Below are positions 41,398 to 53,141 of a stretch of DNA of 64,000 nucleotides, piece after piece. The stretch's first letter is position 1, and the number at the start of each line of letters is the position of its first letter. Source of the DNA: Octopus vulgaris (Eukaryota); assembly GCA_951406725.2 (NCBI GenBank), contig OX597829.1, forward strand, positions 48,422,001-48,486,000. The letters run 5' to 3'. The translations under genes and the position numbers were made by a program. Under the pieces are notes generated by a model, which was not told where the DNA came from, did no database searches, and saw only the letters and a list, made by a program, of their open reading frames with translations.

Positions 41398-41619
41398 GTA
41401 AGTTGCTGCAAGCCAAAGTGGTGCTTTACCATTTTGAAATTGAAACCAGCTGAAACCACTTCTGGTTCTACAATACAATACAAAAAAAAAAAAAATGTTT
41501 TAAAGTATTCATATTAAAATTGAAAGCTTCTGTCATAATCTTATGTAGGAATCTTTTATCAAAGTTAGGTTTCAAATGAACATGTTTTTCTCATTTTTTT
41601 CAATCTTCATTGTTTGTAG

Positions 41620-41719
41620 CCCACACAAGAAAAAACTTGTCGATTTATGATACGGACAAAAATCAAAGATTATGAGTTGAATGTCAGTGATATGAAATCA
41701 AAGAATGAATGGATTACAG
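41620..41719 (+). CDS. SWAP70: SWAP70/DEF6-like exon C, second half of PH domain (PTQEKTCRFMIRTKIKDYELNVSDMKSKNEWIT)
   Basis: tttgtag acceptor and GTAAG donor; 100 nt, phase 0-1; contains the PH C-terminal helix Trp (EWI). Too short for the ORF track and read manually. Confidence 0.9.
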
Positions 41720-43570
41720 GTAAGAATTTTTTAATAAGTGTGTCTTTTTATTCTTATTACCATGGCTAAGGTGCTGGTGAGCTAATAAAATCATTACTGC
41801 ACCTACTAAATCTTAGTGGCAAGCCTTGAAGAATTTTAGTCAAACAAATCAGCCCCAGTGCTTATTTTTTTCAAGCCCAATACTTATTCTGTTGGTCTGT
41901 TTTGTTGAACCACTAAGAGGGGATGTAAACACACCAACGCTGGTTTTCAAGTGGTGGTAAGGTACAGATGTAGATACACACACACACATGCATGAACGCG
42001 ACAGGCTTCTTTCAGTTTCTGTCTTCCAAATCCACTCTTAAGGCATTGTTAGAAGAGCCTTGCCCAAGGTGCCACACAGTGGGACTGAACTTAGAACCAT
42101 GGGGTTGGGAAGCAAACTTCATCCCGCACAACCAGTTTTAGCTGAGCAATTGCTTTCATACAATTCTTTATTTTAATCGGGGATGTAAGTTCAAATCATG
42201 TACCCACCTAGTTCATCATCATTTAATCTTCGCTTTCCATGCTGGCATGGGTTGGACAGTTTGACCAAGGACTGGCAAGCCAGATGGCTGCAGTTACTTA
42301 GCAGTTTGGCAAAAGAGACCAATAGAATAAGAACTAGGCTTCCAAAGAATGAGTCCTGGGTCAATTTGCTCGACTAAAGGTGGTGCTCCAGCATGGCCGC
42401 AGTCAAATGACTGAAACAAGTAAAAGAGAGTAAAAAGAGTAATCATATGAATTCCTGTGTGTAGAACACAAATTTGCCAACATTTTCTGAACATTTCAAA
42501 AAATAAAATAAAAACATTACGAGAGGTAGTACTGGGTGCTTAAACCAGAATTCCACCCAATATTGACAAACTTAATGGCACTTATGTAATTATTCCTAAA
42601 GCAGTTCTGAGACCAGAAATCTTCCTGAAAAGGACTTTAGAGGACTACATTAGCATCAGTACTTGTTTTGTACTTTATAGAGACCTCAGGATGATGAAAA
42701 GCAAAGTAAACCTTCCCAGGGTTTGAACACAAAATATTTAAATCAAAGTCTGAAGGAACAATGTTATGTATCTTGTCTGATGGTCTTTAATGATTTGGCC
42801 CAAGCTGTCTCGTTATCCCTTATGTAATAGCAACAAATTGGGGCTGTACCTTCAGGATTTCCTTTTTTTGTTTTTAGTGGCTGAGTGGTAAGAATCTTGC
42901 TTTCCAACCACATGGTTCTGAGTTCTATCCCACTGCGTGGAACTTTGCACAAGTGTTTTCTTCTATAGCATTGGGCTGACCAAAACCTAGTGAATGGATT
43001 TGGTAAAGGGAAACTGAAAGAAGCCCATAATGTGTGTGTGTGTATGTGTGCATATATATATGTATATATGGCTGTAAGGTCAGTAGTTTTACTTCCCAAC
43101 CACATGGCTGCAGTTTCGGTTCCACTGCATGACACCTTGGCCAAGTGTCAAATACAGTTAGGCCTTAGGCTGACCAAAGCATTGTGAATGGATTTGGTAG
43201 TCAAAAACTGAAAGAAGCTAATCACACACAAAAACACACACACAAACATATCTATATAGTTGGGCCTTACAGAGGCAATGACTGAGACCTTCAGCGTTGT
43301 CGTACTTGAAAAAACCCATCAAGCTCAGCAAAATTGCAGTCATGGCAGATGCTGGTGTCACACAAATGACACCTGTGGCGGTGGTGTGTAAACGCACCCA
43401 TTACATTCTTGGAGTGTTTGGCATTAGGAAGGGCATCCAGCCATAGAAAACCATGCCAAATCAGACTGGAGTCTGGTGCAGCCTTCCTGCCTACCAGCCC
43501 TGGTCAAACCATTCAACCCATGACAGCATATACAATGGACGCTAAATGATGATATATTTGTGTCTTTAAA

Positions 43571-44166
43571 AGGCGGCGAGCTGGCAGAAACGTTAGCAGA
43601 CCAGGCGAAATGCTTAGCGGTATTACGTCTGCCGTTACGTTGTGAGTTCAAATTCCGCCGAGGTCGACTTTGCCTTTCATCCTTTCGGGGTCGATAAATT
43701 AAGTACCAGTTACGCACTGGGGTCGATGTAATCGACTTAATACCTATGTCTGTCCTTGTCCCCTCTGTGTTTAGCCCCTTGTGGGTAATAAAGAAACAGG
43801 TATTTCGTCTGCCACTACATTCTGATTTCAAATTCCGCCGGGGTCAACTTTGCCTTTCATCCTTTCAGGGTTGATTAAATAAGTACCAGTTGCGCACTGG
43901 GGTTGATGTAATCGACTTAATACCTATGTCTGTCCTTGTTTGCCCCCTCTGTGTTTAGCCCCTTGAGAGTAATAAAGAAATAGGTATTTCTTCTGCCGTT
44001 AGGTTCTGAGTTCAAATTCTGCCGAGGTCGACTTTGCCTTTCATCCTTTCCTGGTCGATTAAATAAGTACCAGTTACGCACTGGGGTCGATGTAATCAAC
44101 TTAATCCGTTTGTCTGTCCTCATTTGTCCCCTCTATGTTTAGCCCCTTGTGGGCAATAAAGAAACA
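43571..44166 (+). mobile_element. SINE family 2 tandem trimer with 17-bp TSD
   Basis: gatatatttgtgtcttt (43551-43567) and gatatatttgcgtcttt (44167-44183) flank three units of about 180-184 bp. Confidence 0.9.
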
Positions 44167-45002
44167 GATATATTTGCGTCTTTGTGTTTGTATTTATCCC
44201 CCACCAGCAACCGGTGCTGGTTTGTTTATGACGCCATAACTGAGCAATATGGCAAAAGAGACTTATTGAATAAGTACCAAGCTAAGAAAAAAGACAGAAA
44301 AAAAATGTACTGGGTTCGATACATCTGAGTAAAAATTCTTCAAGGCAGTGCCCCAACATGGTCGCAGTCTAATGACTGAAACAAGTAAAAGATAAAAAAA
44401 CAGTTAAACAAGAATTTATTAAATAATGGTGAATCATCTGACAAGCTGCAGTACTAAAAAAAGAATTGGCAATATTTTTTCCTTAGGTATGCCATTCAGA
44501 AATTCTCATGAGCCACATGTGGCCCATGATGCCAGTTTTTGCTTCAGATTGTAATTTTTTTTTTGTTTATATTTGCATATTTTGGGAAGGCAGGGAAAGC
44601 AAATTCTTGTGATTGTAACCAGTCACTTCATATTCTCGACTCAAGCAATTAAAAATGTTCTTGCACAAGCGTGGTTGTGTGGTAAGAAGTTTGCTTTCCA
44701 ACCACATGGTTCTGGGTTCAGTCCCATTGCATGACACCTGAGCATGTCTTCTACTATAGCCTCGAGCCAACCAAAACCTATTGTCTGGATTCAGTGGAGG
44801 ATAACTAAAAGCCCATTGATTGTGTGTGTCTCTTGAGAACTGGTGTTGGTGTGTTTATGTTCTTGTAACTTAGCTGTTCAGCAAAAGAGACTGACAGAAT
44901 AAGTACAGGCTTAAAGAAATAAGTATTGGGTTTGTTTGAAAAAAATTCTTCAAAGTGGTACCCTAGCATGGCTGCATTCTAATGACTGAAACAAGTAAGA
45001 TA

Positions 45003-46266
45003 TACTGGGATTGATTTGTTCAACTAAAACCCTTCTGATGGTGCCCCAGCATGGCCACAGTCCAATTACTGAAACAAGTAAAAGATAAAAGATATACTGG
45101 GATTGATTTGTTCAACTAAAACCCTTCAAGATGGTGCCCCAGCATGGCCACAGTCCAATTACTGAAACAAGTAAAAGATATGCTGGGATTGATTTGTTCA
45201 ACTAAAACCCTTCAAGATGGTGCCCCAGCATGGCCACAGTCCAATTACTCGAAACAAGTAAAATATAAAAGATATACTGGGATTGATTTGTTCAACTAAA
45301 ACCCTTCAAGATGGTGCCCCAGCATGGCCACAGTCCAATTACTGAAACAAGTAAAAGATATGCTGGGATTGATTTGTTCAACTAAAACCCTTCAAGATGG
45401 TGCCCCAGCATGGCCACAGTCCAATTACTGAAACAAGTAAAAGATAAAAGATATACTGGGATTGATTTGTTCAACTAAAAGCCTTCAAGGTGGTGCCCCA
45501 GCATGGCCACAGTCCAATGACTGAAACAAGTAAAAGATAAAAGATATACTGGGATTGATTTGTTCAACTAAAACCCTTCAAGATGGTACCCCAGCATGGC
45601 CACAGTCCAATGACTGAAACAAGTAAAAGATATACTGGGATTGATTTGTTCAACTAAAACCCTTCAAGATTGTGCCCCAGCATGGCCACAGTCCAATGAC
45701 TGAAACAAGTAAAAGATAAAAGATATACTGGGATTGATTTGTTCAACTAAAACCATTCAAGGTGGTGCCCCAGCATGGCCACAGTCCAATGACTGAAACA
45801 AGTAAAAGATAAAAGATATACTGGGATTGATTTGTTCAACTAAAACCCTTCAAGGTGGTGCCCCAGCATGGCCACAGTCCAATGACTGAAACAAGTAAAA
45901 GATATGCTGGGATTGATTTGTTCAACTAAAACCCTTCAAGATTGTGCCCCAGCATGGCCACAGTCCAATGACTGAAACAAGTAAAAGATAAAAGATATAC
46001 TGGGATTGATTTGTTCAACTAAAACCATTCAAGGTGGTGCCCCAGCATGGCCACAGTCCAATGACTGAAACAAGTAAAAGATAAAAGATATACTGGGATT
46101 GATTTGTTCAACTAAAACCATTCAAGGTGGTGCCCCAGCATGGCCACAGTCCAATGACTGAAACAAGTAAAAGATAAAAGATATACTGGGATTGATTTGT
46201 TCAACCGAAAACCTTCAAGGTGGTGCCCCGGCACGGCCACAGTCCAATGACTGAGATAAGTAAAAT
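45003..46266 (+). repeat. Satellite of 14 units (86/93 bp) derived from the SINE family 1 3' tail, with higher-order structure
   Basis: Unit starts at 45003, 45095, 45181, 45275, 45361, 45454, 45547, 45633, 45726, 45819, 45905, 45998, 46091 and 46184; directly follows a SINE copy at about 44665-45000. Confidence 0.95.
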
Positions 46267-46482
46267 AGATGGGGTTTGGGACTAATTTCACAATATTAAA
46301 GTAAATGCGATATTTATAATGAGCCACTGAAAGAGCCTCCAAAGGTTGTTGAAAATGCTAAAAATACCTGCTAAATCTCCTTCGAATTTTACTCTATTAT
46401 CTTTAAATGAGACCAAGAGGAATGGCGATTTGCCATGGTTGAGAAGCCCCAACCATCTTACTACTTGTCTTGGATTTTTCAG

Positions 46483-46661
46483 TTTTGCAGAAAGCAATCG
46501 ACAATGATGATAAAGATATCCATTACCATCGTGATGAATTGATTATAAGATGCCAGAATAGATGGGCCCAGAAACAACGGCTGGCTGAGGAGAGAGAGCA
46601 GCAAAAACTTCGGCAGGAGTTAATCGAAATGAAATCTAGAGAATTAGAAGAAGAGAAACAG
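46483..46661 (+). CDS. SWAP70: SWAP70/DEF6-like exon D, end of PH helix and start of coiled coil (VLQKAIDND...RELEEEKQ)
   Basis: tttttcag acceptor and CAG/GTAAAA donor; 179 nt, phase 1-0, matching exon C. Confidence 0.88.
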
Positions 46662-46958
46662 GTAAAAATTGTTTTTGTTCTATTACCCACCCACTGGTTC
46701 AAATCCCTCTGGAGTTGACATTGTTTTAACCTTCTAGAGTTGATGAAATAAGTTCAAATCCCACCAAACTTGGCTGTCTTTTGTCTTTTGAGGTTTGATA
46801 AAATAAGTATCTTTTAGATACTGTGGTTGATTGAAAAATAACTATATTGTCTCTACCGAATGTGTGACCTTGTGTTATTTGCTGCAGTTGGCATTTTGGA
46901 TTAATGGTCTACTAAAAAAAAAGAATGGGAAAATATTTTTATTTTATATGCACATTTT

Positions 46959-47375
46959 AGGCGCAGGAGTGGCTGTGTGGTAAGTAGCTTGCTTACTAAC
47001 CACATGGTTCCGGGTTCAGTCCCACTGCGTGGCATCTTGGGCAAGTGTCTTCTACTATAGCCTCGGGCCGACCAAAGCCTTGTGATTGGATTTGGTAGAT
47101 GGAAACTGAAAGAAGCCCGTCGTAAATATGTATATATGTGTTTGTGTGTGTGTGTTTGTGTGTCTGTGTTTGTCCCCCTAGCATCGCTTGACAACCATGC
47201 TGGTGTGTTTATGGCCCCGTCACTTAGTAGTTCGGCAAAAGAGACCGATAGAATAAGTACTGGGCTTACAAAGAATAAGTCCCGGAGGTCGATTTGCTCG
47301 ACTAAAGGTGGTGCTCCAGCTTGGTTGCAGTCAAATGACTGAAACAAGTGAAAGAGTTTAGAGTAAAAGAGTACA
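46959..47375 (+). mobile_element. SINE family 1 copy
   Basis: Full-length match. Confidence 0.88.
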
Positions 47376-48719
47376 TACAAGTGTATACCAATTTCCTCCA
47401 CCACCACTATCACCTATAAGCATCTCCTGCTGTGGTGCCCCTCCACTCTTCCTCATGTGCCCACACACACACACACTCTCCATGCCCTCATGTATCTACC
47501 ATACCCACTCTCCTCAGCCACTTCAATTTTCCTCATCATTTTCTACAGTCACCTCTTCCACATCTCTAAACATCTCCCTTAACACCCTTATGAAATATGC
47601 TCCCTATCCCCTCTCTACCACTTATATTCCCCACCACTGAACCCTGTGGGTTAGTTCCTATGCTTTTCCAACACCAATTTCTCTCTTGCCCTCTCTCTCT
47701 CTCTGTAGCTATATCTTTCCTTTCCTTTTCTACTGGGGTAGCTAAGTATGTCCTACAGTAAGATACCTCTCTCTATCTCTACATAATACTTAAACTGCTC
47801 AACTGACATAAAGCCACCTCCCTCCCTCTCTCAGCTGAAGGTTTTTGCCTTGCAAGTACTTGACAACAGCGCTGGTGCTTCATAAAAAAGCACTTGGTAC
47901 TCTCTGTAAAATGTCTGTCATTAAGAAGGGCATCCAGCCATAGAAAACTTGCTGAAGCAGACTTTGGGGTCTGGTGCAGCTCTCTGGCTTGCCAGCATAG
48001 AAGATATATTGTGATGATGTTTCTAGAATATATTAGAAATTTGTCATAAACCTACTAACATTTTGAATGCATTTAATAATTTAGCACATATGTTTCAAGT
48101 AGTTATGCAACAATTGATTACAGAGGTATCATTATCATCATTTAATGTCTGTTTCATGCTGCTTGCATGGGTTGGATGTTCCGACAAATCATGACTATCC
48201 CAAGGGTTGTGTTGAGAATGGCAAGACACTATTCATATTAGTCTTTTTTGTTGTCAACTCCTTGAGGTTCAATAACCTGAGGTCAAACTTCACCACTTTA
48301 TCTCTCATCACCTGGGTTTCCTTCTTCCATGTGTACCATCCACATGTAGCAATTCTGTCAATCTACTCTCCTAAATTGGTACTTTATTGACTTTGAAAGG
48401 TAGTGTTGACTTTGGTGGGATTTGAACTCTAAGCATCAAGAACTGGAACATCTACTGTAATGCATTCTTATCCATAGTTGTAGTGTATGTGTGTGTGTGT
48501 GTGTGTTTGTGTTTGTCCCACCACCACTTGACAACTAGTGTTGGTGTGTTTACATTCCCATCACTTAGCGGTTCAGCAAAAAAGAGTGATTGAATAAGTA
48601 CCAGGGCCGATTTATTCAACTAAAAATTTGTGTCGGTATCCCAACATGGCCACTGCCAAATAATTGAAATAAAAGAAAGTTATTTATCCATTTTCCCGCC
48701 ATCTCTGCCTACTATTCCT

Positions 48720-49420
48720 GGAACATCATGATTAGGTAGAATCCTCAGTCACCTCCTCACAACCATCATTAGATTTTCTTGTTGGACTCCTAAGCACAGT
48801 CAACTGAGACTATGGATATTATCCAACCATTCCATTCTTGGTCTACCCCTAGGTCTTTTGCTAGGTGTAAGGATAAAGTCCTCAGGTACCTCCTCCTCCA
48901 TAGGGTCCTATCAGAAGCAGCTGTCATTATACTTTCTAAATGGATTCCCAAGAATCACCTAAGACTATGGATTTTATCCTACCATTCCATTCTTGGTCTA
49001 CCCCTAGGTCTTCTGTTGGTTGGCTCAGCTTGAAGTATCCATCTTGCAATTCTTTCTTGTGACATTCTCATCACATGTGTGTAGTACATGTCTGTGACCT
49101 CAATGAATCAAAGTGATGGCTCAATCTGGAGAGACTCACTAATCTCTGAGCTATGCACCCCCACCCCCTCAAGTAACATTACTCTCAAGATTCATCAGAG
49201 GAACCACATTTTGGCCAGTTGTATTTGTGATTCTACTCTTTCACTCATTATTCAACATTTGTGACCACAGTTGAGGATAGACTTGAAAACAAAATTGGAA
49301 GAGAGTGGCTTTTTCTTTTTTTTTTACCAACCTCTCTTCTTCAGAGGATTGAACGCTGAAGTTGGTACATTGCTGTTCCAACACCTGCAATTCTAACATC
49401 CAATTAAGCCTCCTGCCTTC
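48720..49420 (-). mobile_element. Decayed RTE-like LINE 3' region with an internal duplication of about 50 bp
   Basis: Minus-strand PRGRPRMEWLDNI peptide; gactatgga...cttggtctacccctaggtctt occurs at about 48808 and 48963. Confidence 0.6.
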
Positions 49421-49639
49421 CATCATTCATGGATATGGCCCCATGGTATGTTATGCATGTAACATATATATAGCTGTGTGGTAAATAGCTTGCTTATCAA
49501 CCACATGGTTCTGGGTTCAGTCCCACTGTGTGGCACCTTGGGCAAGTGTCTTCTGCTATAGCCTCTGGCCGACCAAAGTCTTGTGAGTGGATTTGGTAGA
49601 CGGAAACTGAAAGAAGCCCATCGTATATATATATGTGAA

Positions 49640-49671
<32 letters not shown>

Positions 49672-50826
49672 CATACATACATGTGTGTTTGTGTATATGT
49701 TGGTGTATGTTTGTCTCCACCCACCATTGCTTGACAACCAATGTTGGTGTGTTTACATCCCCATAAGTTAGAGGTTTGGCAATACCAACTGATAGAATAA
49801 GTATTAGGCTTACAAAGAAGTTTTGGGGTCAGTTTGTTTGACTAAAGGTGGTGCTCTAGCATGGCCACTGTCAAATGATAAACAAAAGTATATGTATGAC
49901 ATTGCAGGGTAGGAGTGAAAGCCTGGATGTGGCTAGTTTAATCCTTTAGCATTCAGATTTCTTTGTCAATTGTATTGTTTATTTATTCACACTGTTTTGA
50001 ATTAATCTGCATTATCTTGTAGCTTTGAGATTTCAATGTTGGGATTGTTTATTTTTGGACTGACATTGTAGGATAGGTGTGAAAAACTGAATCTGGCCTG
50101 TTTGGACACAAATTAGGCAGACTATTTTAGCTGGATACGGCCAATTTAAATGATAAAAGGTTAAAAATAAAACTGATCTGGGTCAGATATACTACCAATT
50201 TAAAATCTACATTTTTTTCTCTTTACTACCCTCAAGGGGCTAAACACAGAGAGGACAAACAAGGACTGACATAGGTATTAAGTCGATTACATCGACCCCA
50301 GTGTGTAGCTGGTACTTAATTTATCGACCTTGAAAGGATGAAAGACAGTCGACCTCAGCGGAATTTGAACTCAGAACGTAACGGCAGACGAAATACAACT
50401 ACGCATTTCGCCTGGTGTGCTAACGTTTCTGCTAGCTCACTGCCTTTGAAATCTACTATAATAATACACATGTGTTTCTGTCACAACATATAAATAAGGA
50501 AGGGGTGATGGCAAACTGGTTTTGGGAGTGTTTCAACTCTGTGAGTATGTGTGTGTGCATGCAATGGAAGTGAGCAATCAACCCTGAAAAGAAACTCAAA
50601 CAGCATTTCAACTCTGTGGGAGTATTTATGTGTTTGTGTGTGCATGTACAAAGTATGTGAATATATGTGTGAACTAGCATTCTTTCAGTAACAATCAATG
50701 ATCAATGTCACATCTCCAAAGACAACCACTAGATAACATTGACAAGTGTATTAATTTGATTTACCATCCATATTATGCATAAAATACTACAACTAGCTGT
50801 CATTTTTTATGGCACAGAGCCAGCTA

Positions 50827-50860
<34 letters not shown>

Positions 50861-51016
50861 ACACTCGTGGAGTGGTTGGCGTTAGGAAGGGCATCCAGCT
50901 GTAGAAACTCTGCCAGATCAGACTGGAGCCTGGTGCAAGCCCCTGGCTTCCCAGACCCCAGTTGAACCGTCCAACCCGTGCTAGCACGGAAAACGGACGT
51001 TAAACGATGATGATGA

Positions 51017-51062
<46 letters not shown>

Positions 51063-51170
51063 TTTAATCATATCAAAGGGAAATGGAATTTAATTAAAAT
51101 TAAAAACATTCAATTAAAATTTACATTTCCAGTGTAAAAAAATTTTAGTCAAAAAGACTATATATTAGTC

Positions 51171-51460
51171 ATACGATATAGTGTATATTTAAACACATAG
51201 AGAATCCACTTATACACACATACATTCTACGCATCAGAAAGAACAGCTAAGTTCTATGACCACAAAAAAAAAAGTTCGGGATAAAGTTCAACAGAAATGA
51301 ATTTGGAAACTAGATGGTAAATGTTTTTCATTTCCAAATTTATTCCTGTCGAATTTTATCCCGAACTTTTTTTTTGTGGTCATAGAACTTAGCTGTTCTT
51401 TCTAATGCGTAGAATCCCTATAAGTGGATTCTCTGTGTTTAAATATACACTACATCGTAT
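51171..51460. mobile_element. Foldback palindrome (arms about 140 bp), probable TA-flanked MITE
   Basis: atacgatatagtgtatatttaaacac / gtgtttaaatatacactacatcgtat and aaagaacagctaagttctatgaccac / gtggtcatagaacttagctgttcttt are inverted pairs. Confidence 0.88.
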
Positions 51461-51485
51461 ATATATATATATATATATATATATA

Positions 51486-51870
51486 GGCGCAGGAGTGACT
51501 GTGTGGTAAGTAGCTTGTTTACCAACCACATGGTTCCGGGTTCAGTCCCACTCCGTGGCACCTTGAGCAAGTGTCTTCTACTATGGCCTCGGGCCGACCA
51601 AAGCCTTGTGAGTGGATTTGGTAGACGGAAACTGAAAGAAGCCCGTCGTATATATATATGTATGTGCGTGTATGTTTGTATGTCTGTGTTTGTCCCCCTA
51701 GCATTGCTTGACAACCGATGCTGGTGTGTTTATGTCCCCGTCACTTAGCGGTTCGGCAAAAGAGATTGATAGAATAAGTATTGGGCTTACAAAAGAATAA
51801 GTCCCGGGGTCGAGTTGCTCGATTAAAGGCGGTGCTCCAGCATGGCCGCAGTCAAATGACTGAAACAAGA
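51486..51870 (+). mobile_element. SINE family 1 copy
   Basis: Full-length match. Confidence 0.88.
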
Positions 51871-52045
51871 GAAAAAGAGAGAAAAAAGATATATACTCTA
51901 TTTTCTTTAGCAGAACATTTATCTGGTGTCTATGTAAATGTGTGTGTGTGTGTGTGTGCATATGTTTTTTATGCACTGCTAATGCAGATACATTTGTTCG
52001 TATGAAATTCCAAATTAATTTGAACTGACTCTTTGTATTTTTCAG

Positions 52046-52191
52046 GCGAGAGCCGAAGCAGAAGCAAGGCTTCAGTTAGAGACAGCACTTAGAGAAGCTG
52101 ATAAAGACCATATGAAGGAACTGGAGCAACTTCTGGAAGAAGAGAGACAAGCTAAGCGTGATGAAGAATTAGTGAGAGCTGCTCAAGCTAG
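52046..52191 (+). CDS. SWAP70: SWAP70/DEF6-like exon E, coiled coil (ARAEAEARLQ...LLEEERQAKRDEELVRAAQA)
   Basis: tttttcag acceptor and GTAAG donor; 146 nt, phase 0-2. LEEERQAKRDEELVRAAQAR resembles the family motif [20 protein letters not shown]. Confidence 0.92.
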
Positions 52192-52208
52192 GTAAGAAAT
52201 TATATAGT

Positions 52209-53141
52209 ATACCTACACAAGTGTTTTGCTCCCCAAGTTTGTTTCCTCATAACTTTCAGAAAAATGGATATCTTTATATATAAAAGTAAGGTTGTGTGTC
52301 TGTCTCCTACGATTTAGATTCCTAACTACTCCCACATTTTGCGGTGCAATTTAACCAAAACCGGGTATCTTATAGTCGTGATTCATATCGAGCCCTTCTG
52401 GGTATTAGCACGCGTCTACGATGAGTCTACGATTTAAAAAAAGATTTACCATCATTTTTTTCCATTTTAATGCATTTTTTCGCTATTATATAAGGGAAGT
52501 AACTCTCTAAAAATGTCTACGATGTGTCAGCGATTTAAAAAAAAATTTACCATCATTTTCTTTCCATTTTTAATGCATTTTTTGCTATAACTCTCTAAAA
52601 ATGCTTATATAGTTATTTCCCTTACAAACCTGAGCAACGCCAGGTGATACTGCTAGTTTTTTAATAAAATTATCCAAATATATATATATACATCAGATGG
52701 TATAGATTCCGATTGTGTCAGAATTTGTGGGGGAAAATTTTTTTCTGAGGGTAAAGTGAAGAATTGCAGAAAGTTCACAAAATTCAGATTTGATTCCTTA
52801 TATCTTTGGAAAAAAGTTATTTTTATTGAAATTTTTTTACAAATATCTTTTAGAATGTGTAAATTATGATTTTATTGGAATTTAATACGAGAAAAAAACT
52901 GGATTTGTATGCATACATATTGACACACATCACAATTTTTTTTCAAAATTTCAAGTTTCTTGTAGATGTGATGTGTCAGTATGTACCTGCACAAACCCAT
53001 CAATTTTTTTCTTATTTCATATTAAATACCAATATATAATCAACACACTGAAAGGTCTGAAGTGTATTTGTAGAAAATTTCATTAAAAAATATCTTTTTC
53101 AGAAAGTTATGAGGAAACAAAGGCCACACCTGTGTAGGTAT
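52209..53141. mobile_element. Long-TIR/foldback DNA element interrupted by a Helitron
   Basis: atacctacaca...tttgtttcctcataacttt at the left is inverted to aaagttatgaggaaacaaa...tgtgtaggtat at the right; internal palindrome centred near 52950. Confidence 0.7.
52271..52656 (+). mobile_element. Non-autonomous Helitron-like element
   Basis: A|TC and CTAG|T termini with hairpin cctgagcaacgccagg. The opposite arm of the host element preserves the empty AT site. Confidence 0.82.

Noticed and set aside
45003-46266. CRISPR-like regular array
   Set aside because: Units are repeated in full with no unique spacers, derive from a SINE tail, have no cas genes nearby and lie in a eukaryotic intron.
46489-46490. 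Alternative acceptor ttttgcag for exon D
   Set aside because: It would remove 8 nt and shift the frame relative to exon C.
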